A DNA stretch of 64,000 nucleotides from Pseudomonadota bacterium (GCA_043798915.1 JAZDOG010000103.1:1-64000), one strand, 5' to 3'. Shown: positions 31,201 to 39,587, numbered from the stretch's first letter. Notes: generated by a model not told the origin, from the sequence alone. A program made the numbers and translations.

Positions 31201-33111
31201 GTGAGGATTGCAAAATGGCAATTGGAGAGAATCGCCGGGTTCAAGGAATTTCTCCCCGAATATGAGGCCCATGGAACGGAACCTCCACAGAAGGGCGCCG
31301 TGCGCGATGTGGTGAGGAGGACATATGAAGTCCTGAAAATGCAATTTCCTGAACCCACGCTGACAAGCCATGAGGTCTTGCAGTTTGCGGAAGAGAGACT
31401 TTTGCCGAATGAGGTTGAAACTGCGCTCCTCGCAGGGCTCAGGCCCGGTGAAGAAAACTGGACCGAGACGGCCGGCCTGGCTGGCGTTGATGTCCCCGAT
31501 ATTGTGGCCTCACGGCTTAGAAGCGATAGCGAAAGAATTGATTTGATTCGCTACCTGATCGGCGCTTCTGATAAACCGCCGAAGCTGGAATGGTGCAATG
31601 ATGACGAAGTCACATCAGCCAAATCATTCTACGTGATGAGTGGAGAAGCCTCCCGCACGCTGGCGCTCTCGGCGGTTATCGGCGACGGAGCAGGTGTAAT
31701 TCAGAGTTCTGTCGTCTATGCAAGTGCCAGGAAAATCATCATGGACGGGGCCGCCGACGACAAAGATCTGGAAGCGGTATTCGACACATACATGAATGCG
31801 CTGCCGGCCGGCGAGCGAAAACTCCTCCTCGCCAATGCGCTTGCGACCTTCGACCCGTCGCGGGGCGGACAGACGTCATTCAGAAGGCTCCTGGAAGCGG
31901 GCGGCCCGCTGGGAGCGAAGGCGGCACAGGGGCTCGTCACCTCTGGCGTCGTGACCGGCGAGCTGCGCGAAGACCTCATGCACTCGTTCGATGCCTATTT
32001 GCCTCCCACGCGAAAACAGGTCTTTGATCATCTGAAGAAGATATTTGGCGATGCCTATGATGAAATAGCAGGTGTCGGGCGAATACTGGGGGCCGGTTCT
32101 CTGAATTATGTCGTCGAGGTGTTCTGGAAGACTGAGAAAGGGCCGAGGCGTGTCGCGGTTAGGATTCAAAAAGACTATGTCGAAGGCCTCATCCAGAACG
32201 AGCATCAAGTCTGGCAGGCGGCCGTCGGCAAGTTGAAGCTGAGCGAAAGGCCGCGCACAAGGCGTTACGGCCGCCTGATTGGAGGATTGACTCAGGCGGC
32301 ATTGAAGTCGCTTGCGCCCGGCGGGGCGGAACTTGACCTCGCGCAGGAGAGGGAGACATTTCAGCGCGCGAGCGGCGCTTATAGCCAGGCCGTCAGCGCG
32401 GAAACGGGGCTCAGCGTGGCGGCATCAAAGCCGGTGCTGGGTCTGCAACAGAAAGTGCAGCCGAAATATCAAAAGATTGTTTCCGTGTATGAGTATGTGG
32501 ACAGCACGAAACTGGACCGCATCCCCGATGCGGACAGGCGCAAGGCGATCGCCGGACAGATCGTCGATGCGGAGCTTGCGGCCTTCGATAGCGGAACATT
32601 TGATCCGGATGCGCACAGAGGAAACTGGCTCGCTGACCTCGAAGGCGGGAAGCTTGTCCGTGTTGACTACGCGCAGCTGACGACCGTCGAAGCAGCCGAG
32701 CGCGCGCGCTTCAAGGAATTGTTCCGGCTCCTGCTCGATCCATCCGCGCGCGGTCAGTTACAAAACTATCTTATGGGAAACTTCGCAACGATTTTTGATG
32801 TGGCCGCACCGCCTGACAATCTTGACAAGGCGCTTAAATATGTCTTTGGACAGCAGGAGATGGCCCGGATCACAAATCCGATGGAAAGGCTCTTGTTCAT
32901 CCAGAACCAGCTGGAGTTGTATTTTGTGGATCAGGGGGTGGCAGCGGAGTTCAGGTTGCGCGACAGCATATCCAGCTCTCTTGGCCTTTTCTTGAGGCTC
33001 AACATGTATCGGCAGTATATCGGCGATCTCGATTATCTTGTAAAACTCGCGCGCTTTCTGGGCATGAATCCGGCAACACTCGCCTTGGCGCAATTGAGAT
33101 CATCGTACTAG
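25204..33111 (+). CDS. Giant multidomain protein (2635 aa): hydrophobic helices, J-like domain, M48 zinc peptidase, ABC1/UbiB-like kinase
   Basis: Uninterrupted 7.9-kb ORF. LKSAYKAYARKHHAD (~27340-27381); NPNA...DELAFIFGHEFEH...ENEVD...THP (~28280-28610); GGPLGAKAAQ, LGAGSL, VAVRIQ, ELDLAQE, FDPDAHRGN and VDYA (~31890-32675). Confidence 0.85.
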   Translation: MTAGGEIKKLGGNSADTAVWHHGAPSDGWDVPVFDPSASSSYDTEALPPAPLLPTKPLPPGPWDIRSPREKARDEARSLWDQYQKLAAIPIEGRHFKDENGIQRIEFGDDAVMLLHVRLAHLKTVMSLARSSDDTELLQKARSKVFYDFDSLSQIYAGRGDRSALKGLKLEDYAMSMSLGEFKRAEKLKDEIVRQFLRGDPAGQNLFLATHAFKTNDFKQARIFFSAARDKIKAADSRDPRVEEIGEIIAHEIPRAEVEYDRFTRMARRLAWLDFVEKSSELHGAVEAAGAEGRQALIAEIRSLLLSGNPEITTYDDAVKEIERRSRQELSFQKKPATFGEMRAHGFQKGNDNPFYHTNLLGVARGDGYFNRIIEIDRSDPGRSLFKMVEMAQWARREGSYDLAEILLESVKKNSGGGEPIWHEANEILKSLKGEGFHISDRGRDLLIDVGVEAMLTIIAGATVGGLLARGAVALMKYGSLIAKARKYARVAGVLANPGVQWGVGIVASAQGLTGTSQLLNYVRGRPSEGYLATSAKDLAAMLSISAGGFAFGKGFSLGTRELKLMNRMVKFAATEDRAILTFGRPLKELSEAEKVYLTLTDSGKAIYRLGELTTQAHMMMGLQAAEASLKLCEGCPTNENLSHLTRLLATMRDFYLIHKGSQASGAIAEKAKDVYRRATSKELPSVVDQAADVARRMFGFKSADEMTAEALKSAYKAYARKHHADMGGDGGGDGLKVGQAVTLANILIKNMRGEALTAEDIRNLSDCIRDYKSGPQTAKAPDAQKPAAARTPLVLEAKEAPVIEIDSARKKSALAKRPPATAEEGVASEIRGSVANMIAGATAFLAGCDGTQLFRDHPFAAAIAGATALFGALGGRSIVRRIIDFIRPPHLPKDIETAPAGSAMSAEPLASPATGRVTDRVDEAIGGGAQAGEIAAEEMPRLDPAELEPPVAAAEPVAKVEVHHTPPAWLSRALESESKGAVDVEKYPPAMREPLRAFMNRAGALLQKMVVPEDGKGPIHLVVIEDANPNATYFVHDGQVVVGITLGLIETLESDDELAFIFGHEFEHAHSQLQKRVDALRWHEAFFLQRPVENEVDVRSVGRMLDKGGNPHEASSWLKRMRAKFGDMPGLTHPTHGSRVDTIDAAITANVRLRGQGREHRLNGAPKRTDVLGSIRQALFGRGQLQSALYQRAEELLNPVGIVDHYFEAVRDGNERAFPIEIETENHRRSQFRTEAIFAKCFIHRWGAIEALFPPSHGDANGDPKEKARRVDMQLRLARNLHDEFERARTEFLGGDFAPANRAQFEAAANLEMRSWPIAVPNLVGALKERDLLNGKKARLAGGVTPAGIKEELEWVEYRVEIAKAFFEPGKALDRFVVEGYKGYIDRESSFYLGYEHNVSSYLEMSRQYGLRIRYIHDRIASVHERVEQTDTDSRPRMALMAINLSDFMDAWHEIGFFSRVTADAKRAVWGKAQALLKQADPKSKEAEQLTSLLFQNLREFAGILPSETQRFAVQELGREIDGAADLLALDRVGSALLGNLAFLGEEKGRVVRAFQEKMVSACLEWVGSSDLRSALRKIAKIDGLVHGYDDTEISFEQYQTDAPLVGQFADRLRSAAIGAGLDEAQLATLIYVQIPSLMPASIGPAELARMRAQFIATCNDPKFKGLFTGLFGIYDTMFTFSESLASQGGEERAMRAELHRLRLTASRDWPESTHPFVPMRVRRGVLRRIDVLQLKLMAIRAKKIMGNCELIVATPHIWRLSGEENGDEFSWSYKLQFNDSSSFRAQVLERLARERPWDIRTASLMIRTRTEGSAQGEFLKAHFKWHMKVTGSVEGAAYGFWKSLGEAKINPGQSEEMDDVIASFYSEEVQDKDGEKRFVLSDPDIFIAYRRGVARFVEEAGLSDPRAQMWKRTSWGPVASFLNDATRYKKYPPQKIAGVLHDYVVERVEENKRTGFYVSDETAKTVDWLWSHRGDPAVERVLEHPYMVRAALHQSAQVRIAKWQLERIAGFKEFLPEYEAHGTEPPQKGAVRDVVRRTYEVLKMQFPEPTLTSHEVLQFAEERLLPNEVETALLAGLRPGEENWTETAGLAGVDVPDIVASRLRSDSERIDLIRYLIGASDKPPKLEWCNDDEVTSAKSFYVMSGEASRTLALSAVIGDGAGVIQSSVVYASARKIIMDGAADDKDLEAVFDTYMNALPAGERKLLLANALATFDPSRGGQTSFRRLLEAGGPLGAKAAQGLVTSGVVTGELREDLMHSFDAYLPPTRKQVFDHLKKIFGDAYDEIAGVGRILGAGSLNYVVEVFWKTEKGPRRVAVRIQKDYVEGLIQNEHQVWQAAVGKLKLSERPRTRRYGRLIGGLTQAALKSLAPGGAELDLAQERETFQRASGAYSQAVSAETGLSVAASKPVLGLQQKVQPKYQKIVSVYEYVDSTKLDRIPDADRRKAIAGQIVDAELAAFDSGTFDPDAHRGNWLADLEGGKLVRVDYAQLTTVEAAERARFKELFRLLLDPSARGQLQNYLMGNFATIFDVAAPPDNLDKALKYVFGQQEMARITNPMERLLFIQNQLELYFVDQGVAAEFRLRDSISSSLGLFLRLNMYRQYIGDLDYLVKLARFLGMNPATLALAQLRSSY

Positions 33112-33162
33112 TCGCCTTAATTTTCTCTGGACATCACTCCTGATTGGTGCTACTTATTAGGA

Positions 33163-34341
33163 GTGAGCTCCGATCTGGTTATCATCAAAAGGACGCTGAA
33201 AATTGACCTCCCCAAAGGCCAATCCACCTTTCTATGGGGGCCCAGAAAGACCGGCAAGACAACATATTTACTGCAAAGGTTTCCAAACAGCACACGATAT
33301 GACCTCCTCGAAACAGACACCTTCTTCAGGTTGTCCAAAGAACCGTACCTTTTGCGTCAGGAGATACAAAGTCTCAAAGAAAAAGGGGATCTCACCCAAC
33401 CCGTCATAATCGACGAAGTGCAGAAAATTCCATCACTGTTAGATGAGATACACTGGTTGATTGAAAAATATAAGATTTCATTCGTTCTCTGCGGATCGAG
33501 CGCGAGAAAACTAAAACGCTCTCATGCAAATCTTCTTGGTGGAAGGGCATGGAAATTTGAGCTGTTCCCGCTGACAACGAATGAGCTCGGCAAAGATTTC
33601 AATCTTGTAAAAGCGCTGAACAGGGGGCTGGTGCCCAGCCATTATTTGGATCAAAATTATCAGCGGACAATAAAGGCTTATATCAATGATTACCTGAAAG
33701 AGGAAATCAGGGACGAAGGGTTGATCCGCAATCTCCCGGCCTTCGCCAGATTCCTGGATGCCGTTTCTTTTTCGTGCGGAGAGCTGGTTAACTATACGAA
33801 CATAGCGCGTGATTGTGGAATAGATTCTAAGACAGTCGCGGAGTACTATCAGATACTTGTCGATACCCTCATTGGCGTATTCATAGAACCGTTCCGGACC
33901 AGAAAAAAACGCAATACGATTATATCTACGCCAAAATTTTATCTATTTGATGTTGGTGTGGCGGGCGGTTTAATGAAACGCATCCTTCAAACGAATAAGG
34001 GGGTGGAATTTGGAAATGCGTTTGAGAATTTTATCCTGATGGAACTTCTGGCATACCGATCCTATTCTGAGAAAGATTACCGAATCAATTTTTGGCGCAC
34101 CAAGGGCGGCAGTGAGGTTGATTTTGTGTTGGATGGTGGCAAAGTTGCTGTTGAAGTTAAGGGAGCAAATAAGCTTAAAAGCGACGACATAAGAGGAGCC
34201 GTCTCGTTCGTGGAAGATTATAAACCACAAAAAGTCTTTATTGTCTGCCAAGAACCCGTGCCAAGAAAACTCACATCTAACATTGAGATCATCCCATGGA
34301 AAAACTTTCTCGAGATGCTTTGGAGTGGAGAAATTTTATAA
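33163..34341 (+). CDS. AAA+ ATPase with DUF4143 / C-terminal PD-(D/E)xK-like domain
   Basis: GPRKTGKT, IIDEVQK, GSSARKL, PKFYLFDVG, FWRTKGGSEVDFV, VEVK; AT-rich. Confidence 0.9.
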   Translation: MSSDLVIIKRTLKIDLPKGQSTFLWGPRKTGKTTYLLQRFPNSTRYDLLETDTFFRLSKEPYLLRQEIQSLKEKGDLTQPVIIDEVQKIPSLLDEIHWLIEKYKISFVLCGSSARKLKRSHANLLGGRAWKFELFPLTTNELGKDFNLVKALNRGLVPSHYLDQNYQRTIKAYINDYLKEEIRDEGLIRNLPAFARFLDAVSFSCGELVNYTNIARDCGIDSKTVAEYYQILVDTLIGVFIEPFRTRKKRNTIISTPKFYLFDVGVAGGLMKRILQTNKGVEFGNAFENFILMELLAYRSYSEKDYRINFWRTKGGSEVDFVLDGGKVAVEVKGANKLKSDDIRGAVSFVEDYKPQKVFIVCQEPVPRKLTSNIEIIPWKNFLEMLWSGEIL

Positions 34342-34359
34342 TTAATATATTATTCGCAT

Positions 34360-34387
34360 GGGATTCTTCGCTTCGCTCAGAATGACA
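34360..34387 (+). repeat. Short extragenic palindromic element GGATTCTTCGCTTCGCTCAGAATGACA
   Basis: Lies between convergent genes; related copy at 18275-18300. Confidence 0.6.
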
Positions 34388-34399
34388 CGCAGCGGCCTT

Positions 34400-36496
34400 T
34401 CAAATGGATCCACCGGCCCTGGCGTACCGGGCGAGGGCAAGCAGCGGGAAAAAGTGCCGGTAACCGTGGTAGCGGATGTAGAAGTGGCCCGGGAAGCCGG
34501 TGCCGGTGTGGGCCGTCTCATCCCAGCTCGAATTTCCGTTCATGCCGTTCATCAGAAACTCCGCCGCGCGGCGCGCGGCAGGTGAACCCGCGCGTCCGCC
34601 TGCGACGAGCCCCATCAGCGCCCATGCGGTCTGCGACGGCGCTCTTTTCCTGAGCGGGACGAACTCCTTTTTCTCGTAGCTCTCCGGCGACTCGCCAAAA
34701 CCGCCGTCGGCGTCCTGCACGGATTCAAGCCAGTCAGCCGCGCGGGAAACGCGGGGGTCTTCCATGTTCCAGCCGGAGGCCGCAAGCCCCGTGAGCACGC
34801 ACCAGGTCCCGTAGATGTAGTTGATCCCCCAGCGCGCGAACCATCCGCCGAATGGCTTCTGCGCCCTCCATATATAGGCTAGCGCGCGGCTGACGGCAGG
34901 GTGGTCGGCCGAAAAACCGCGCGACGCCAGAAATTCGATCATCCTTCCTGTTATGTCGGGCGACGATGGATCGAGGCAGGCGCTGTGGTCGGCAAACGGT
35001 ATGCGGTTGACGAGCGTCTGTGTCTGGTCCTTGTCGAACGCCCCCCATCCGCCGTCGCGGTTCTGCATCGAGAGGAGCCAGTCGAGACCCAGGCGACAGG
35101 CCTCCTCTTTTTTGGCAGGTGGTATCGCCAGCCGATGGAGGACATGCAAGACCTCTATCGTGTCGTCGACGTCGGGGAAATATTCGTTTTCAAATTCGAA
35201 AGACCATCCTCCCGGTTTCGCACCCGAATTTTTTATCGCCCAGTCGCCCCGGACATCCTTGATCTGTTTTGCAAGGAGCCAGCGGCCGGCGCGGAGGAGG
35301 GCGGGGTCGTCGGCAGGGAGGCCTGCCTCGAGGAGGGCCATGACCGCCCACGGCGTATCCCAGACGGGGGAGATGCAGCACTGCTGATGAATTCGTCGCT
35401 TTTCCCTCTCCCTCCCATCAAAGGAGGGAGAGTTAACAAATGGTGAAATACCAAGTTCCCTTAACTTTGAAGGAGGAGTTTTGCCATCGTCCCGTATTTC
35501 GTCTGGGAGTGCAGGGACATCTGATGTCGTATAACACTGCTGGAACATTTTGAGGGCCTCGAAGGGCTTGCGAATCTGCGGAGAATCATTCGCATAGCCC
35601 AGGGCCTTGAACGCCATAGCGCCATAGGCCAGCGCCGGATAGATGTCCTCCGTCTTCTGTACATGTTCCCAAGTCCAGTCGGCGCATCTCTTGAGCGCCA
35701 TGCGGCGGAGCGGCTTTAAAGGGATACATTCAAGGAGCTTCAAGCATTTGTCGACGTATATGAAAAAACTCTCCCAGGATATAAGGCCATTTTGGGATTT
35801 AAAGGAATAGTTTCGCTTGTCCGGCGGAGAGGCGAAGAGTTCATCGAGATTCGTGGCTGCAGGGAGCCTGACGGTCCGGCGGATGGACATGAAGATCAAG
35901 AGCGGGACGATTGTGGCGCGGGCCCAGCTTGAGAACTCATATACGCTGAAACCGGTCCATTTCGGCATCAGGATATACTCGGCAGGCATGGCCGCCGCAG
36001 CGGTCCAAGGGAGAAGCCCGAACATCGCCAGGTGTATCCTCGTGAATACGCGCGTCTTTTCGATGCCGCCGCTTTGGAGGATGAATCTGCGGGCCTTGGC
36101 AAGGGCGGGATGGTCTGGGCCCAACCCAGCGATCTTCAAGGCGAAATAGCATTCCACGCATGTCGAGAGGTCGGCCGGCCCATCATTATATAAGGCCCAT
36201 GTGCCGTCGGTCCTTTGGACGTCCAGAATCCGCCGGGCGATGCCTTGCTGGATACCATCGTCGACCTCACCGAGATAGTTCATGAGAAAGATGAACTCGG
36301 CGCCGATGGTCTCGTTTGCTTCGAGAGAGAACCACCAGTAGCCGTCGGCGCGCTGAAGGGATTTAAGATATGCGACTGACTTGGCAAGTGGTGCCAGGGG
36401 GAGGCTATCAGCAAGGGAGGCCTGATCCCGGGCGCATGGGGACTTAAAGGGGCTCGGAGTTTGCTCCGTCTGATTGTTATGGGCCATTCTGTCCAT
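34400..36496 (-). CDS. shc: Squalene-hopene cyclase
   Basis: QW repeats (QRADGYW, QRTDGTW, QNRDGGW), SPVWDT, DVDD catalytic motif, TGTGFPGHFYIRY. Confidence 0.97.
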   Translation of the reverse strand: MDRMAHNNQTEQTPSPFKSPCARDQASLADSLPLAPLAKSVAYLKSLQRADGYWWFSLEANETIGAEFIFLMNYLGEVDDGIQQGIARRILDVQRTDGTWALYNDGPADLSTCVECYFALKIAGLGPDHPALAKARRFILQSGGIEKTRVFTRIHLAMFGLLPWTAAAAMPAEYILMPKWTGFSVYEFSSWARATIVPLLIFMSIRRTVRLPAATNLDELFASPPDKRNYSFKSQNGLISWESFFIYVDKCLKLLECIPLKPLRRMALKRCADWTWEHVQKTEDIYPALAYGAMAFKALGYANDSPQIRKPFEALKMFQQCYTTSDVPALPDEIRDDGKTPPSKLRELGISPFVNSPSFDGREREKRRIHQQCCISPVWDTPWAVMALLEAGLPADDPALLRAGRWLLAKQIKDVRGDWAIKNSGAKPGGWSFEFENEYFPDVDDTIEVLHVLHRLAIPPAKKEEACRLGLDWLLSMQNRDGGWGAFDKDQTQTLVNRIPFADHSACLDPSSPDITGRMIEFLASRGFSADHPAVSRALAYIWRAQKPFGGWFARWGINYIYGTWCVLTGLAASGWNMEDPRVSRAADWLESVQDADGGFGESPESYEKKEFVPLRKRAPSQTAWALMGLVAGGRAGSPAARRAAEFLMNGMNGNSSWDETAHTGTGFPGHFYIRYHGYRHFFPLLALARYARAGGSI

Positions 36497-36531
36497 ATAC
36501 CTAAGGTCGTATAAGATATATTATGTCTGGT

Positions 36532-37380
36532 TCATGGTTTGGGTTTTCGCGCGAAGACCTTTACGCTCGCAACGTGCCCTTCCAGCCTCGGCGCCCACTG
36601 TTTGGCAAGGGAATCCGGTTTGCCGCCACAGCAACAGGTGTCAACCTCACTTTTGAGTTCAGAACCGATGAATGCCTCGATCTGAGGTGCGTCGTAGACG
36701 ATGCGATCGCGGATTTCGATGTCGATGAGCCCGGCGCTTTGCAGTGCATCGAGATATGCCTTCTCGCCTATCGCCCCAGCCAGACATGAGGAGTAAAGCC
36801 GCCGGTTTTCGGCGATCTCCCTGGGCAGCCCGTCTGCGACGATGTCCGAGACCAGCATCTTTCCGCCCGGCTTGAGCACACGGTATATCTCTGCGAAGAC
36901 GCGCGGTTTCTCCGGGGACAGGTTGATGACACAGTTTGAGATCACCCAATCGACGCTCTCGCTCTCGACCGGCATTTCCTCGATGATGCCCTTCCTGATG
37001 TCCACGTTGGAAAGGCCGGCAGCCGCAACGTTCTCCCGTGCCTTTTCGATCATCGCGTCGGTCATATCCACCCCGATGACCTGCCCGGCGATCCCTACCT
37101 TTTTCGCTGCAAGGAGCAGGTCGATGCCGGCGCCCGATCCCAAGTCGAGCACGGTTTCGCCTGGTTTTACCTCCGAGAAAGCGAGAGGATTGCCGCAGCC
37201 GAAGGAGTTCACCACCGCTTCCGGAGGCAGTGCGGCGATCTCGTCATCGGTATAGCCTGCCAGCTTGGCAACGACGCCCTTTGGGACAGGCGAAGAGCAG
37301 CAGCAGTTCGATGATGGACTCTTCACTGCCCTAGCGTAATCTTCAGACACGTCTTTGCGTTTTTGCTCATTGTCCTTCAT
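36532..37380 (-). CDS. arsM: Arsenite S-adenosylmethyltransferase
   Basis: N-terminal CCC, SFGCGNP, VLDLGSGAGID, ISNCVINL, SSCLAGA. Confidence 0.9.
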   Translation of the reverse strand: MKDNEQKRKDVSEDYARAVKSPSSNCCCSSPVPKGVVAKLAGYTDDEIAALPPEAVVNSFGCGNPLAFSEVKPGETVLDLGSGAGIDLLLAAKKVGIAGQVIGVDMTDAMIEKARENVAAAGLSNVDIRKGIIEEMPVESESVDWVISNCVINLSPEKPRVFAEIYRVLKPGGKMLVSDIVADGLPREIAENRRLYSSCLAGAIGEKAYLDALQSAGLIDIEIRDRIVYDAPQIEAFIGSELKSEVDTCCCGGKPDSLAKQWAPRLEGHVASVKVFARKPKP

Positions 37381-37398
37381 TTCTGGTCTCCTTTGGCC

Positions 37399-38292
37399 TC
37401 ACATCTGCAGGGCGTTCTCGTCGATGCCGCTCTCCTTGAAGAACTGCTTTAACCTTTGCATGAGTCTGGCCTCGATCTGCCTCACCCGCTCCTTGGTTAT
37501 GCCATATTCGTCCGCGATCTCCTGCAGCGTGAGAGGCAGTTCCGCAAGCAGCCTCTCTTCAAATATCTTTTTGTCGCGTTCCTTAAGGTTCTCCGCAAAT
37601 TCCCGGAATTTCTCCTTGAGGATGTCTCCCGTCTGCGCCGCTGCCATCTTTTCGTCCACGGGCGTTTCATTGAGCGGCAGAAAGTCCTGAAGGATCGCTT
37701 CGTGGGCCCCGGAATCGCGGCCCACCGGGGCCTGCAGCGTGCGCTCCGGCGTGGTGAGCCTCTTCTCCATCTCGGCGACGACCGCCTCTCCCACGCCGAG
37801 GCGCTTTGAAAGCTCAGCCGGCGTCGCTTCAAAGCCCATCGCCTCGATCTTCTCCTTCTCTCGCATGAGATTATAGAAGAGCTTCTTCTGGGCCTTTGTC
37901 GTCCCGATCCTGATAAGGCGAAAGTTGTCGAGGATGTACTTGAGGATATAGGATCTGATCCACCATGAGGCGTAATGTGCGAGCCTCGCCCCCTTGCCCG
38001 AGTCGAAGTGGCGGACCGCCTGCAAAAGCCCCACGTTTCCCTCCTGGATCAGGTCCAGGACGTTTTGATAGGCGCTGCGGTACTCCATGGCAATCTTGAC
38101 GACGAGCCTTAAGTGCGTCGTCACGAGGCGTTTTGCGGCCTTGATGTCGCCTTCCTCGTGGAAGCGGCGCGCCAGATCACGTTCCTCGTCGAGCGAGAGC
38201 ATGGGATAGGCCTGCACCTCCCGCATGTACCGCGTGAGCGGGTCGATGACAGCGACTGCCCTGCTATCTTTGTCGCGCAGTTTGGTATTCAT
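37399..38292 (-). CDS. rpoH: RNA polymerase sigma-32
   Basis: DLIQEGNVGL, RpoH-box-like TTKAQKKLFYNL, ERVRQIE. Confidence 0.92.
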   Translation of the reverse strand: MNTKLRDKDSRAVAVIDPLTRYMREVQAYPMLSLDEERDLARRFHEEGDIKAAKRLVTTHLRLVVKIAMEYRSAYQNVLDLIQEGNVGLLQAVRHFDSGKGARLAHYASWWIRSYILKYILDNFRLIRIGTTKAQKKLFYNLMREKEKIEAMGFEATPAELSKRLGVGEAVVAEMEKRLTTPERTLQAPVGRDSGAHEAILQDFLPLNETPVDEKMAAAQTGDILKEKFREFAENLKERDKKIFEERLLAELPLTLQEIADEYGITKERVRQIEARLMQRLKQFFKESGIDENALQM

Positions 38293-38303
38293 ATTTTTTG
38301 AAA

Positions 38304-39587
38304 TTATGCAGTGTACACGATTCGGCCGCCGACGATCGTCTTCATCACCTTCCCTTGCATCCTCATGCCGCCGAAGGGTGTGTTGCGCGCCTTTGATGCG
38401 AAGCGCCGGGGATCGACCGTCCAGGCAAAATCAGGATCGAAGATCGTGATGTCGGCATCAGCGCCGCTCGCTAGCGTCCCCTTCCCGGCGAGCCTCAGGA
38501 TCGCGGCTGGCCTGGTGGAGAGGGCCTCGATCATCCTCTTCGGCGTGAGCTTGTGTTCGCGCACGAGCCGGAGCGAGAGCGGCAGGGCCGTCTCCAACCC
38601 CACCATCCCAAAGGCGGCATCCTGAAATCCCATCTCCTTGTCGGTGATGTCATGCGGGGCATGGTCCGTTGCGATCGCGTCGATCGTGCCGTCTGACAGC
38701 GCGCGGATGAGTTCGCGGCGGTCGGCCTCTCCGCGAAGCGGCGGGTTGACCTTGGTGTTCGGGTCGTAGTCGGCGACCGCTTCATCGGTGAGGTTCAGAT
38801 GGTGAGGCGTGGCCTCGGCCGTTACGGCGACTCCCCTCTCCTTCGCAGCGCGGATGAGGTGCACGGTCCCACGGGTGCTCGCGTGCGCTATGTGGATTCG
38901 GGAGCCGGCGAGCTCGGCGAGCATGATATCGCGCGCGACCATCGATTCCTCGGCCGCTGCCGGGATGCCGCCTAGTCCCAGCTCCGTCGATACCGCCCCC
39001 TCGTTCATCACGCCCCCGGCGCTCAATGTGGTGTCCTCGCAGTGCGATATGACGAGGATGCCGAATGCCTTCGCGTACTCCATGGCATGCCTCATGAGCG
39101 AGGCGTCCATCACGGGGCGGCCATCGTCAGAGATCGCCACCGCGCCGGCCCGCGCCAGGTCGCCGATATCGGAGAGTTCCTCACCCTTCTGTCCGCGGCT
39201 GATGGCCCCGATCGGTCTCACCCAGACGGAGCCAGTCGCACGCGCCCGCTCGAGGATGTATTCGGTGACCGCCGCGCTGTCGCACACCGGGTCTGTGTTC
39301 GGCATGCAGCAGACGGTGGTGAAACCGCCGGCGGCCGCCGCGCGCGTGCCGCTCTCGATGTCTTCCTTGTATTCGTATCCCGGATCCCTGAGGTGAGCGT
39401 GCATGTCGATGAAGCCGGGGGCGACGATGGACCCTTTTGCGTCGATGACTTCGGCGCCATGCGGAACCTTGCGCGAGGCGGTGATCAGGGCGATCTTTCC
39501 GCCGTAGATGTGGACGTTCAACTTGCCGTCGACCTTCTTCGCAGGATCGATCACCCGCCCGTTCATTATGAAGTATGATTTCGTCAT
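38304..39587 (-). CDS. pyrC: Dihydroorotase
   Basis: PGFIDMHAHLRDPG, KVNPPLR, ATDHAPH. Confidence 0.96.
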   Translation of the reverse strand: MTKSYFIMNGRVIDPAKKVDGKLNVHIYGGKIALITASRKVPHGAEVIDAKGSIVAPGFIDMHAHLRDPGYEYKEDIESGTRAAAAGGFTTVCCMPNTDPVCDSAAVTEYILERARATGSVWVRPIGAISRGQKGEELSDIGDLARAGAVAISDDGRPVMDASLMRHAMEYAKAFGILVISHCEDTTLSAGGVMNEGAVSTELGLGGIPAAAEESMVARDIMLAELAGSRIHIAHASTRGTVHLIRAAKERGVAVTAEATPHHLNLTDEAVADYDPNTKVNPPLRGEADRRELIRALSDGTIDAIATDHAPHDITDKEMGFQDAAFGMVGLETALPLSLRLVREHKLTPKRMIEALSTRPAAILRLAGKGTLASGADADITIFDPDFAWTVDPRRFASKARNTPFGGMRMQGKVMKTIVGGRIVYTA

